Part shown: positions 25,046 through 38,263 of the stretch, in pieces
Layout: each line of letters begins with the position of its first letter
Position numbering within the stretch: the stretch's first letter is position 1
NCBI GenBank assembly: GCA_973895155.1
Contig: OZ316896.1
Span: 17,100,754-17,164,753 of the forward strand
Origin: Marsupella aquatica
Taxonomy: Eukaryota; Plantae; Marchantiophyta
Direction: 5' to 3'
DNA: 64,000 nucleotides
Notes under the pieces: model-generated
Told to the model about the DNA's origin: nothing
Database searches by the model: none
What the model saw: the letters and a program-made list of their open reading frames with translations, nothing else
Position numbers and translations under genes: made by a program

Positions 25046-25632
25046 TTACTTGGAGCTCACTTTCCCCTTGAGGCCGGCGACGGTCCCCTTGATCTTGTCC
25101 CCAGTCTGTTATGGAAGAAAATCATACAACAACAGGACTCTGTCAGTTTCTACGTTGAGAGGTTTGTGAATGAAAATCATGCAATACAACAGAATACTGT
25201 CAATTCCTGGGTACGTATGGATCTAGATTTGGTACCTAGATTCAGGACCACAGATTTTACATCGCAATCGTAAGACACCTATGAATGATGTAGAATCAAA
25301 CCAAAAGTTCTCATCTCAGCTAATTGTTTAATCATGCTAGCTTGAGCTCATCGTGTCCGTTAAAAGTCAAAATTGAGGAACTCGAGATACACGAAAGGAA
25401 ATGAAAACCGCTGGCTCAGCCAGAGCGTGAGCAGTAAGTGCACCTGATGAATCTTGCTAGTGATCTTCTCTTTCGTTGAAACCTTGGGTGGAGCTTCGTC
25501 GGTGGTGGTCTCGGGCTCAGCTGGTGGTGCAGCTTCGGTGGTTTCCGGCTCAGCAGGTGGTGCAACCTCGGTGGGAGTCTCCTCCTGAGGCTTCACCTCC
25601 TCGAGCTGCTGGGGGGGAACTTCTGAAGCCAT
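25046..25632 (-). CDS. Small hydrophilic LEA/dehydrin-like protein (82 aa)
   Basis: Exon 25632-25444 (E/P/T/A-rich, APPAEPETT repeats, ends KEKITSKIHQ) splices GT-AG in phase to 25105-25046 (TGDKIKGTVAGLKGKVSSK*). TATATAAA-like box at ~25788-25795 on the minus strand. Confidence 0.75.
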
Positions 25633-28600
25633 ATCTGCAATCGATCGAACTCTCTGGGTGCTTCACGAACTATACGAAGACACAAATGTACGCTAGATCA
25701 GGATGGACAGAAAGAATGGTTCTGGAACTTAACAGATGGCTGGGAAGAATTCGTTCGTACTGTGAAGAGTAGAGACTACAGCCGGGATTTATATGTGCTC
25801 AAAGCAGCCAGGACATATCATAAAATATGCAGAGCGATGAGATCCAGCTAGCTCAAGACGTTGCCGAACTCTGGGGAATTCCGGTTATTCAGACACCTGG
25901 CGCCAACGCTCAGTATTACATTGTTAACCTTTACGCTACGGTTGGTGCATAATTCAAGCTTCTGCCTCTTCTTCGGTCTGAGGCAAAAAGTGCAGCTATA
26001 GATCTATGAATATTCACTCTGTACACAATTGAAACTTTACCTCTGACTACAGTTCCTTCATAATTTAAGCTACTGCCTCGTCGGCCTTTAGTGGGCAACG
26101 GACAGATGTCCTGGACTAGAAACGATAGTTTAATTTGTAGATTGTGTCAACCTTGACCCAAACAGATGTCACCTTCCAATGTTAGAGCAAGTGTCTGAAG
26201 TTGTTGCTTGTGTACCTATCCTGAACACTGGCGGTCATTCAACTATTCCAGGTTGAAAAGTACATTGAAAGCACTCACTGGTTTCCCAAATCTGGCCTGA
26301 TTCATGCATGTGAGAAATCTTGCAGGAATCAAACAGGGATCTTGCATCGTTCTGCCAATCCAAACCTTGCCTAGCTTCCCGGAGTTCAGTTGCAACATAA
26401 ATAAAAACAGAGAATCCAGGATCTCTGTATGGTTGTCTCTCACTGGGTCAGATGGTAAGGAACTCTGTAATTCCAACAGCTGTTCAGCATTCCCTCCCTT
26501 CCCCCAAAATCGGCAGAGCCAGGGGTAAGAATCAAAAACAGACAACAAGATAAAGAATAACACTCTTATTTAAACAGAAAAATTGGGTTTATCATGGTAT
26601 GACATGTATAGAGTGACATATAATACACCTTATATTGTCACTTTCTGATGTGCACTTACTTATATTGTCACATTCTGATGTGCACAGGTGGATGAAATTC
26701 CCATCTTAGTTTATATTTTTCCTAGACCCAGACCCAACTCAAAACGCCAAACCGCCATTTTTGCCATTGTTCCCCATCAACCAAACTTCACGCCAAACAT
26801 GTTTTCCTTGCCTTGACAAAACGCACCAGTCCTATGTTGCTCACCCACATGTTACACAATCTTCTTATTCCCTTCCATCTCTCACACTTTGCACCAAGAA
26901 GCTTGAAAGATGGCAGGATCAAATGGCAGCCATGTGCAATCTATCTATTTCTTCTATAACTAGGGAGGGTGTGACATTCCCGGCCTGCATTGGCCCTCAA
27001 AGTTGCCCTTATAGAAGCCTGCAGCCGGTAAGCTGGTGCGGTGGCATTGCGTGTATGCTCATAGTCTTCTTCCTCTAACATCTTCTTCACCTTACCTACT
27101 TATTCTTCTTCAAACACTTAATACTTTGACATTCACTCTACACGGAGGAAGTCACATGGATGTATGCTTGAGGGTCTCACTTCTGCAAAAATAGAATATC
27201 ACATGTGACAAAGCATAAGGTCATTGTAATGGTTGTAAGGGAATACTTACAAAAATGTATATAAGAACTTTAGGGTCTTTTAAATCCAATTTTGAGACTA
27301 ATAAGGAAAGATTGGGTTTCAAAAATCCAATTTTGGAATGTTCCAAACTAGTAGGGGTAAAACAATTCCAAAAAATGAAATTCTAAAGCTGTAGGCGGGT
27401 TGTAGGGTGTACCTGACCTAAGATCGTTGCAAGTGTTGTGGGGACTCCAAGTGGTCAGAACCCCAACGATGCACGGCAATCCACAATGGACCAATTGGGA
27501 ACCTGAAATCCAAGTGGCACATTCCATGCACATCACTTAGACCCCTACAAAAGAAGATTATAGAGGTTGAAGTGCCGAGGGCTATTGTGAAACAAGGGGA
27601 TTTGGCGGGGAATTTGGTAGTGAATGTTTGTAATTAGTTGGAGATGATTTGCACTTCAACTAAACCTTCTTGAACAAACTCATGAGTCCCAATATAAAAA
27701 TTCCACTCTGCATTATGATAACAGCTTACAAAAATTATTCCTCTGCCTAATATATCACATGTTAAAGGGTATTGGTTGTGCTTGTCGCTACCTACATTTT
27801 CTATAATTGGAATTTGTCCTGCTCTATATATTTTGAATTTTGAGTAGAACCATGAGGACAGAAGCAAGTTAAGTTGGACAACTGATGCTTTAGTCGGTCT
27901 TTCTGTATTCAGAGTTTGTTTGGCTAGTGTCATCTTTGGTTTCAACATTCCTAACAACCAATCAAAGAAAAACAAAGGTGGACATTAAAACTAGGATGAA
28001 AGTTGTGGAACTTGAATATCCTACCACTTAGCTCCATTGTCGCTGACCAAAAGGACTCTCCTGCATTGGCAGCTCATTTTTCGTGCTTGAAAAGCCAGTC
28101 ACCTTATTCCCTTCACACTAAATGTGATTAATTTTTTGTTTATTCCTTCTCTTTGTCAGATTGTCAAATTCAAAAGACAACCACTCTATAAAACAGCGGG
28201 ACTTTGTATTATAGTTCTTGATGTTGTACTCAATTTGAAATTTTGGCCCAATTGGAAAGATTAGTTGCAGTAGAGAAACAAAAGCAAAGGTTGTGAGACA
28301 GATCCACAGTTCTAAAAAACATTGCAGTTCGGGACTGAGGCTATTGTCATAACAACAATCAACAATTATATTGAGCACCCAAACATATTCCTCCTGGCCA
28401 TAGCAGATTGAAAATCCCTGCCAGAAGAGGGGTCCCAAAATTGGATTTTGGTGAAAATGATACAAAAGTTAAGATATTTGAAACCAAGTTTTGGCGGTGA
28501 AAAATGACACAAAAGTTAAGATATTTTAAACCAAGTTTTGGCTACAGTAGCTAGGGACTAAGCTAGCTAAGTAGGTAGAAGTTCCCCACAGTAGGAAGTT

Positions 28601-29741
28601 TTTTCTTGGGTTTTTTCCTGTTTGCTTGCAGGCTACAATTACGCCCCAATCGTATGCAGTCCAAGAAGTTGAATGCCTATTTGAAAGCAAATGCAATGTT
28701 GACAATGAACAGAGCCAGACACGGAATGCAATGTTGATAAGGAATCGAGAGAGAGAAAGAAGTGGAGAAAAACATACTAACACTCCTGTAATGAATGGCA
28801 ACTTCTCATATGTATCTGCAAATTTTGACCCTTGGACTCTATTGATTACGGACCCCATGAGAGGTCCCTTCCAAAATTCCTGGCACCACAGTGTGTCACA
28901 TCAACAACAACCGCAACAAACAAGACTCATCAATTTTGTTGAATCAAGCTTATAGTTTTCATTCTTGTTTGTGTCAATTTGGGTATAAAATTTTGGGACG
29001 CCATGCCGTAAAAAGAAAAGTAAAAAATTATAAATGCAAAGAGCAAGATGGTTAAAACTGTCACTATGTAACTGTTTTAGTTACTTATCCAATTTATAAA
29101 ACTTAAATTCAAAGATTTAAAAAGTATTTCTCATATAATAAATAATGACTAATAACTAACTTTATAACTTTGTTGTTAAAGGATAATTGGCACCTGGAGT
29201 AAGATTTCAGGTCCTTTGCAATTAAGGTAAACTGCTAGCCATGGTCCAAACTTGAATTCAACAAACTGATACAATTCATTTGATCAGATATTCATCTAAT
29301 TGCAAACAGACTTGCCACGGATTGAATTCTGACTCTTGTAGCTTGAGAATTTGGTAGCATGTAGCGAAAAGGCCTGATTTTGAAACTGCTTGTGATAACC
29401 ATGCTATTAGTTAGCCAAGGGGTCCACGAACTAATTGCTCTATTAATCTTGATTGGTCAGCATACCTTGCAGAATGAATTTTACAGCAGAACAATTGGGG
29501 GTAATTTCAAATGAAAATGGGACACTGTAGTGCCATTCAGGTTCGAGAAATAAATGAATGATTACAAAAAACTGGCCCGACTTACCATATATTTTGGGGT
29601 CTTTGTCAAAACCTCAATCAAATTTTGTCAAAGATGTGTATGAAAGTTCTAAGCATCCTGTTTTAAAGATTGGCTTTCAGTGCATACAACATTTTTAAAA
29701 GTTAAGGAATTAAAACAGGAGAAAATCCAAATTATTATTTT

Positions 29742-29776
29742 CGCAGACTCAAAACATATTATGTTTTGAGTCTGCG
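29742..29776. repeat. Perfect 35-bp palindrome (17-bp arms, 1-nt centre)
   Basis: CGCAGACTCAAAACATA T TATGTTTTGAGTCTGCG. Confidence 0.95.
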
Positions 29777-30654
29777 CCTTGCTAAGAGCCTTGGATCATA
29801 CCCTCTCAAAAATATATTCAACTTCTTGGGTCTCTCTCGACCCAAGGCAAACTTGGGGGCATAACTTCAAGAAAATCCAAGAAAATACTTCACTGGGCAT
29901 GTGAAATGTCTCTACTTATAAGGGCATGATGTAAGCAAATACTTCACTGGGCATGTGTAATGTCTATACTTGTAAGGGCCAAAATAATGTAGAAGGGCCA
30001 GCAACGGGCATGAGTTTCTATGAATGATTATGATCGAGCCTCTCAGCCTGACTTGGGGGTTATCAGATGTCCACTGCCTCGACTGGGGGTTATCAAATGT
30101 CCACCCTCTTGGCTAGCCTACCAAGAGGGTTAGTTTTGGGCGCAACTATAAGGTCATAAATAGAGCAAAACTGTACTCGGGTTTCACATTTACTAAGTAA
30201 TAAGTTAAAACAGCATAGTCCTAGAAAGGGCCAGCTATATCCATGGCCACTCGGGACAGACGATGTAACCCCTTGGAGCTCACTGTCCTCGAGTATCATG
30301 TGCCATAGAGTGGGGTTCCATGCGCGTAGGGGCATGGAGTCCCAACATGCACGGAAGCCCCAACAACATTGGCTCTGCGCAGCAGGGCCCGTACTAGGGA
30401 GCGGGGGTGCGGGGAGACGAGGGGGGCGAGCCCACCCGCTCCTAGCGGGTGCCCTTGCCCCTTGTGGGCACTGGGCAACTGGAGATCACCCTGCTGAGGC
30501 AAACTGCCAGTGGGCGGTCAACAAGCCTCCATGGCCAGACTTCGTGCTTCCGGCCCTGGCCACCAAATACTGGGGACCCAGCTGTGGGCGTTGTGTACTC
30601 CGGTTGGGGCCATGGGTTACCCTGTACCAAAAGTCACTCCCTGAACAAAATTCA

Positions 30655-30875
30655 GTTACCTTGTAGTGATTAGGTTGCACCGCCAGCTGTCCTCAGAAGG
30701 ATCTTAGAACTACCGGATGGCGGGCAGAGAACCGAAAAGTCCGAAAGCAAAATTATAAACGACCTTTTTCATAAATTTCAATTACCTTGTAATAAGTAAA
30801 TGTTGTACCGCCAGCTGTCCCTGGGAAGATCTCAGAACTACCGGATGGTGGGCAGAGAACCGGAAGCAAAATTAT
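30655..30875. repeat. Direct duplication of a ~125-bp unit
   Basis: ttaccttgta...accgccagctgtcc...agaactaccggatgg.gggcagagaaccg...agcaaaattat occurs twice. Confidence 0.8.
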
Positions 30876-33570
30876 TTCTCAAAGAGTGAAAGACCTTTTT
30901 CCTTGACCGCGGGCAAACAGTGGGCCCCCGACAAAGACTGACACAAGCAACCAAGCAGAAAAATGGGGGTCTCCGTATTCCTGCCCGCTGCCCAAACTGG
31001 ATCAGAGGTCTACGTGTGAATGAGAAACCGCCACGCGCCTGCGTGGAATCTTACTCTCTGCCCTAAGATGTACGGTAGTTTTGGGGAATTTCCCTCCCAC
31101 GGGCTGCATGCCACTCTCTCAGAAGTCTTGACACGTGGCACCCTGTACAGCTCAGAATGATACCCCTTTTACGCTAAACTGCCCTGAAACAACTCCTGCC
31201 CGCCGGAAAGGGGAAAAACGAACTCAGATAGACAGATACCAGAAGAATCTCTTTCTGCTTACGTAACATTCTGACGGTCTTGTCTCAGCGACCGAGGAAT
31301 AATTTAGTAACCCCTGTTCCGTACATCTCCTCGCTCCTCTGTCGTCGGATCTGATCCGATCCTTTCCCGCCGTCTTTAGCAACTCACTCACCGTTCATTT
31401 GTTCAAGTTTTCCACTCTCTCCTTTGGCACCCACCAAAAATTATTTTGTTTGTTTGTTAGTTCCTCGTTAGACTGTTATTGTGAGCCGTATCTAAGTCAT
31501 TCGATGGATAAGTGGAGGCCAACAGTGTTATCCCCTAAGATATCGGCCTTTCTTTGTAAATGCACCAAACAATGCAGCTTTCATAAGTGCATATAGACCC
31601 TCACTAAATGACAAAGACATAAGTGCATTTCTACCAGAAGTGAACACACGCATTTATGAATTGTTACAATATTCCATTTTTTAGTTTTTACAATGCACAC
31701 CTAAGCAGCCTTTATTGCTAAGAGCAGCATTACAGTTATATAAATTAGTTTCATGCATTTACCCAGTTGAATAATGCAATAATAGGGCTTGGGGTATGAG
31801 GAATCTGATGTGTGTGACCTGACAACATAATGGGGAAGTGCATAATTTAGTAATATTTCATGCCTTTATAGACTAGTGCAATCTGAGGATAGGTGCTGGT
31901 TGGTCGTGTTGTCCCGGGAGCATGCACTTAGGCATGGTTCACATACTGCAAAACCAACCAGATATCCTGAACAAGAAGCACCACTTCTTGATATGACATA
32001 TTAACAATTGGGTGTGTAATGTTTCCGGCGAATGGGACAACAAAAATGGACTTCAGATTTATCCTATCGGAGGCAGCAGACCATGTTTCTGCTGTATTGC
32101 TTACACTGCCTGTGTGCAACCGGAAAACTCGATTATAAACGGCTAAGGAACCATTAACTGTTAAAGGTTAGAATGGTTGAATTGTAGGGATATATGGATC
32201 ACATCGGGTTAGGCAGCTACTGCGAGGTGACAGGTAGGCTAAGTTTTATGGATGATAGCTACAAAGGGAGGACATGGGGGGGGGGGGGGGGGGTAGGGTT
32301 TAGGGTACTGGATCTCTGCTGGCGGTGCTGTTTTGTTCCAGGTGTTTCTGGGCTGCTTGGTCAGCCAGCGTTTTGTATCTGCTTGTTTCCTCTGCCACAG
32401 GGTTTTCGTGGTCAAATTTATAAAAATTATAAAATGTTTCAAGGAACAAATGGGTGTGTAGAGTATGAAAAATGCATCCAATCTCTGGGCACATGCCATG
32501 ACTGTGGCACAGCTAGCTAGTACACCTTATGCTAAGAGTTTTGATGTGCATTTACCACAATTTTTTCTTCCAAGTTTTGTAGATGTATGGTTGATCACTC
32601 TATCACAGTGGTAGTTAGATTAGCGCAAAAAATAATAAGACAAACATTCGGCACTCAGCTCACAAATGTGACTTTGAAAATGATAGGCTGGAAAATTATG
32701 CAGCGGTTGGGGAAATCACTTGTTTTGGCCAGATCCAGGCCTATCACCCTAAAAATTGGACTGAGAAAGTTAGTCTTTTGGTTGGGAAAATTTTTAAGGG
32801 TCATCTGAGATAGTATGGAAGCAAGTAAAAAAACAATTACATTGCTTTTGCCACAAACACTACAGAGCCCTTTTTGTTTTACAGGAAACCTGCTCTGTCC
32901 TGTTTGTCACCATCCTTGATGATGTGGTGCATCCTAGTGCCAGAGAATTTGCAAGAGACCCCTAATGGGGGTCCGTAATCACAATTGAGAATCCAACCAA
33001 ATTACCAATTTAAATGGTCTACTGCCAAAGTCTGAATTCTCCAACCAAATTGCCACTAAGCTATCCCTAGGCAGCTGGGCACCAACATTGTGCCCACCGG
33101 CAAAACAAAACTTGTTGGTTTGTTTAGCTCTGAGGTTTGACAATTGATGGACTGACCTTATACTTTTGGACTCATTCTGTGGACTTGAGTGACTCGAGTG
33201 AAATTGCAGTACAGTAGGGAGACGTGGCTTCAATTCACATTACTCAGAGTTTTTAGAAAACTCCAAATAAAGATTATAGGCCACAAGGGTCCCATGATGG
33301 AAAGTGAGTGGGAGAACATCGAAGGTAGTCTACTGTTCACCTACACAAATGAACAGTGGCGGCAGTGGTGTTTTGAGCCATAGATTGCCCCCTATAGACT
33401 TAATGAGATAACACTGATGCTTGAAAAATCCTGAAAATATTTTCTATACAAGTTGTACCATATGTGAAATGAGTATTACCGGGCACCTGGGTTACTTTAT
33501 TTATGCGGGAGCTTGTGGATTGAGTCTATTTTGAGTTTGTAGAGTTCATGAGTAACTTGTTCTTTTTTAA

Positions 33571-33950
33571 TTTGTATTGTTGAAGAGAAAGTTGTGGTTT
33601 ACTCTTTATAGATTGGTGTTTGACTTTGTATTGTTGATGAGAAAGCTGTGGTTTAACTCTTTCTAGTTTCATTGGTGTTTTGAGTTTGTATTGTTGATGA
33701 GGATGTTGTGATTTAACTCTTTATAGTTTGGTGTTTTGAGTTGGATTGTTGATGAGTAAGTTGTGGTTTAACTCTTTCTAGTTTGGTGCTTTGAGTTTGT
33801 ATTGTTGATGAGGAAGCTGCGGCTTAACTCTTTCTGGTTTGGTGTTTGAGTTTGTATTGTTAATGAGGATGCCGTGGTTGAACTCTTTCTGGTTTGGTGT
33901 TTGAGTTTGTGTTGTTGCTGAGGAAGCTGTGGTTTAACTCTTTACAGTTT
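33571..33950. repeat. Minisatellite, 7 copies of a ~55-bp unit
   Basis: Head-to-tail units of ~tttgtattgttgatgaggaagctgtggtttaactctttctagtttggtgtttgag, with no unique spacers. Confidence 0.92.
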
Positions 33951-34213
33951 CTCCGCTTTGGACCTCTTTTGCTTTAGTGCATTGTACTTTATTTGCCCCT
34001 CTTTTGTCAATTATGACAGCTTTTCCCCATTTTGAGGTTTTTGAGTCTGTAGAGCGATGATAGATCACTCCATCCCTGGGCAGCTAAATTGAGAAAGCTT
34101 TTTGGTTCGTTCAGCTCTGAGTGTCGACGATTGTTCGATCCACTTCTACGTTTGGTCTGATTTCCTCGGGGATTTCCTGGACTCGACTGCGGGGAGCGAA
34201 ATTGTAGTACAGT

Positions 34214-34291
34214 AGTGGAGACGATCGTGGGCTTCAATTCCGAGCAGTGGAGACAATCGTGGGCTTCAATTCGGAGCAGTGGAGACAATCG
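34214..34291. repeat. 32-bp tandem repeat (~2.5 copies)
   Basis: gtggagacaatcgtgggcttcaattc.gagca repeated. The flanking 34100-34240 also resembles 33115-33237. Confidence 0.8.
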
Positions 34292-34546
34292 GTACTAGAC
34301 ATGCACAACAAGCAAAGTGCAGAGGTCTGAGTTGGGGAGGAGGAAGTTAGAAGCAGCACCTGCAATGGAGACGGGAGGTGAGAAAGGAGCATCTGCACCG
34401 GTAGCTGACAAGAGAGTCAGGATGAACAAGAACGCCCCGGACAATCCTAGTGACAGCCTCTCGGTCCAGATGAAGAACACCAAGGCGCAGGTCCTTGGAG
34501 CGTGGCAAAAGGTTTCTTCCTCATTTCGACAGGTATACTGACAGAT

Positions 34547-34923
34547 TGCCTTGACTGCCATTGGTTGGTTTACAAGTAGTTGCTTCCGTTCAAGGATATC
34601 GATCTCTTCTCTGCGTTGTTGACTTGTTGGGGTCTCTCGGGCTTATTTGGGTCTTTGCCTTGACTGCGTTTTTAGTTAGTTCACAATTAGTTCCTTCCGT
34701 TCAAGGATATCGATCTCCTCTCTGGAATTCTCTGCGTTGTTGGGGACTCTCGGGCTTCTTTGGCTCTCCTGTCTTCCTGACTTTTTCCGACGTGCACTGA
34801 CTGATTTTGCCTTGACTCCCTGTAGTTAGTTTACAAGTAATTGCTTCCGTTCAAGGATATCGATCTCCTCTAAGTATGGAATTCTCTGCGTTGTGGCGAC
34901 TCTCAGGCTTATTCGACTCTCCT
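34547..34923. repeat. Three diverged ~110-150-bp tandem units
   Basis: Each unit has gccttgact...cttccgttcaaggatatcgatctc...tctctgcgttgt...ctctc.ggctt. Confidence 0.85.
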
Positions 34924-37900
34924 TTATTGTGTCTCCTGCCTTTGGAACCCTGTCTCCCCGTGAGTCGCTTGTTGTTCTTAGGCGGTGGCATATACATCTC
35001 GGGAATTTAATATTGGTTTTGTTTAATGAGCGACCGATGTGATCATTTCAAGAACTTCTTAGGTCGCCTAGGATCGAACTGTACTGTTTGGCGTGAAGAG
35101 TAGCCTCTCATACATGTCACAGGCAGCTTGTCGTAGGGGGTGAATGGTGTTCGTTTCTTTTGAAAAGCATGATGGTTTTCCCTGAAGATGAATTGAAGTT
35201 CCGTGAATGAGTGGTGGCTAAAAAGGGTGAGGAGGGAGGGAATAGGATGGACTTGGGTCTTACCTAACGATGAATTGAAGTTCTCTGTGAATGAGTTTAA
35301 TCTAAGAAGTGTGAGGGGAAGGAATATGATTGCCACACAAGCCAAATTTTTGGAGCTTCGGATGTCTGAGGATTGATTGACTATTGGTTACGTTTCCTGA
35401 CTGTTTCATTTTTCACACTCAGGCTGGGAAGAAGGTCTCGGGCGCAGTCAAGGGTAAGGGTTCTTCTACGAATTAGATCGAAATCCAGATGGCCCGATCC
35501 TACCAGCCGGTCTCCGAGAACGCTGTTGATCATAATCGAGACTTTAAGCACTCGAACAGCACCAGCTGTGCTCTGCTTCGCTTTGGTGCGAATGAAAAGT
35601 GAATTAGTTTGAACTGAGCTTGGACTGGAGTTCTCCCAATCAGCCATGAAGCTCGTATGTATAGAAGAAGTGGCACAACGGTGGGACTAGAGGCTTACTC
35701 TACCAAATCTGCCAATCGTGAAGGGTTCTCAATGGGGCTAGAAGGAGATGCGTGGGTTTGCCGTCCTGGCTGTGGCTTTATGTGTTCGTAGGAGGAAATT
35801 AAACAGTAGCTATCTACGAATATGGGAGTCCTTCTGTAGGGCTCATCCTTGGACTGTTGTGTGTCGAGAATTCCCAATTACCGCAGCAATCCAGCTAGTT
35901 GATGTCAACTCCGATTTGGGTTGTCTGCGACAAGATGGATTGTAGTTATGATGTTGTCCAGTAGAGCAATGTGAACGTGTGCTACCTGAATATAGACTAC
36001 TCGGTCATGCAGAGTAGAATGTTTGTCAATTAATGTATCAATTGAGAAGACGGTAAGAGTACTGTTGGAATGGGGAATTGTGGAAGTGGCACTCATTCTA
36101 CGAAGCCTTGTGGGTGCTGTCCAATTGTTTGTCCTCAAAGAGTCACGAAAAAGGAGCCTCGCACGAGGCTGTTGAGCGCCATGAGGCCGGATAACCGACG
36201 TGTTACTCAATTATACCCTCCGGTACAAGATACCATTTCAACCAAGCCAAAATATATATTACAGGGATGTCATGTACAGCCAGGAATACCGCTCTGAAGT
36301 ATCCCATTTATTACCGTTCTGAAGTATCCCATTGGAAGCACCGCTATGTATGGTCCATCTTGATACAAACAGCTGGTATGTACCTCTCAGCAAGTGTGGC
36401 TGTGACCACTCACAACTCACTTCAAGGCATTCAATTCAGTACCCTGGGTCACGTCGAAATACATTACAACCATTAGAGTCATACGAGAAAGAAAGTGTGA
36501 AATGAAAGGACCATCACTCCTTTGATGTCCAAAACAATGATGAACTGTCAACTCCGATAATCGTTGTTGTTAAGCCCAAAAAACGAGTGACGGTCAATTC
36601 TGGACAGAAACAGATTGACTCATGAAACTTTGGTCGAGGTAGTGGGGCAACGCCGTGAACTCTAAGTTGTCTCACTCTCGAGGTTTCTCTGATTTGGCCA
36701 CACTAAGTACAACTCTATCGAACACAAAAGAAGACAATGGTCTCTTGTGCTGACCTTCATTGTGGTTTCCAAATTCGTGACGTACACCACTAATTAAAGC
36801 CGTCCGAGAGAACTCGACAGACATAAGACATGCTGACTTCTGTGCAAAAGTTAAATTAAAATGGCACTACAAAGTAGTAAGCACGCTCTTTACACCATTT
36901 CTACCTGTAATTTCTGGATGGCGATAGCCATGAGGTTTGTGGCTCCAAACCTCCAAAGTTTCCATCACTATTTGCTTATTCGTCCAAAACTCTCATCCAC
37001 CAGGCCGTTCTTATAGTAATCTGTAGGGTTCAGTGAACTTCTCCGTAAACTCTGGTTCACGGGAGAGTCATCTGCACGTCTGAATCATGTTTTATTGTTG
37101 GGGCACGATATACGGGAATGACACTCGAGGTGGAAGTCAGGAATGTTGCTCGCAAGGTCATTGGGTCCCTGTGACCATGAGTCCCGGAGGAAGTCGAGAC
37201 AACTGAGAGTTACAGTGGTGACATCTGATCCTGCTGCCCACGATCTGATAGGCGCAACGTGGATCCACTCACTTTTCTCACATGTTAGTGTTTTGGGAAT
37301 AGTCTTTGCGGGAACTCATATTTCAGCCTAGCACAAGTCTACACTTGTAAGCCAGACTTTTTGGAAAACTAGTGTTACGGATCAAAGTAATTTCCATCTG
37401 TCAATTGTTCCCTTTCTAGGGTGGATTGTAAGCAGGAATCGTCCAGAGATCAAAATCATGGATGTTGTTGTAGGGGTTGAAGATTGAGCCTTGCCTTTGG
37501 GTTTTCTATGAGATTCGAATTCACGGCTAGTTAAGCTCTGGTTTCGCTGCTCGTGACATATTTGGGGACCATTAGAGCTTTCATAGTCGCAGGCTTACAA
37601 TCCCCTGCCAGGAACATGTTGAGATATACTGTGCTAAGTTATGTGAGTGTTTCCCTGCGTTATGAAGCGTTTCTTATGCTCGTCGTTGCATATCTCTCAC
37701 ATACAGATAGGTGCTCGAAGCAGAGAGAACACAGCAATGTCGAGATTGAATTGAAACGTTACACAGAGAAACCCAGCTTTCGTCAATGTCCATTTACAAA
37801 CCTGATTTAACGGAAACCTTCAGAAGCTTAGTACAGAGCCCCCAAATACAAATGGCGACACAGTCAAGATAAGCAAGAAAAAGTGAAAGAACTTGCTTTA

Positions 37901-38263
37901 GTCCTGCTCAACGATGAAGCCCGGAGCCGTGAAGACCAATTTACTCGAGCCACCTCAAAATTTATTGGGAAAGCAGAAGTCACCTAAATACAAACGATTT
38001 CTTCTCTACCGGAAGAATGCCCTGCCCACCAGTCCTTGAGGATTCACTTCAATACAGATTTCCAAGGTGATCTTTTGAAAATACGTCAAGTCAATTCCTC
38101 ACTGAATAGAGCACCCAACAAATTTGGGGTACAGGGTAAGACGTTCAGGACCTATCTACAGATGTTTCATTCAATCTACAAAACGTTCTGTCCTGAACTC
38201 TTACCTTCTTACCTGTAGATTAGTTTTGTCAGATCTGTAGATAAAGGTTTCCACAAAACCTAC

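Noticed and set aside
26700-28960. Possible decayed transposase fragments (e.g. RPNRMQSKKLNAYLKAN, weakly hAT C-terminus-like)
   Set aside because: Too degenerate, with no catalytic motif or termini identified.
33571-33950. Regular repeat array as a CRISPR candidate
   Set aside because: Units are head-to-tail with no unique spacers, there are no cas genes, and the context is eukaryotic. It is a minisatellite.
34547-34923. Conserved core cttccgttcaaggatatcgatctc x3 as a repeat-spacer array
   Set aside because: The intervening sequences are homologous to each other, so these are diverged tandem units.
35373-37810. Short ORFs and exon-like pieces downstream of the ZNF830-like gene
   Set aside because: No phase-consistent gene model or recognisable domain.
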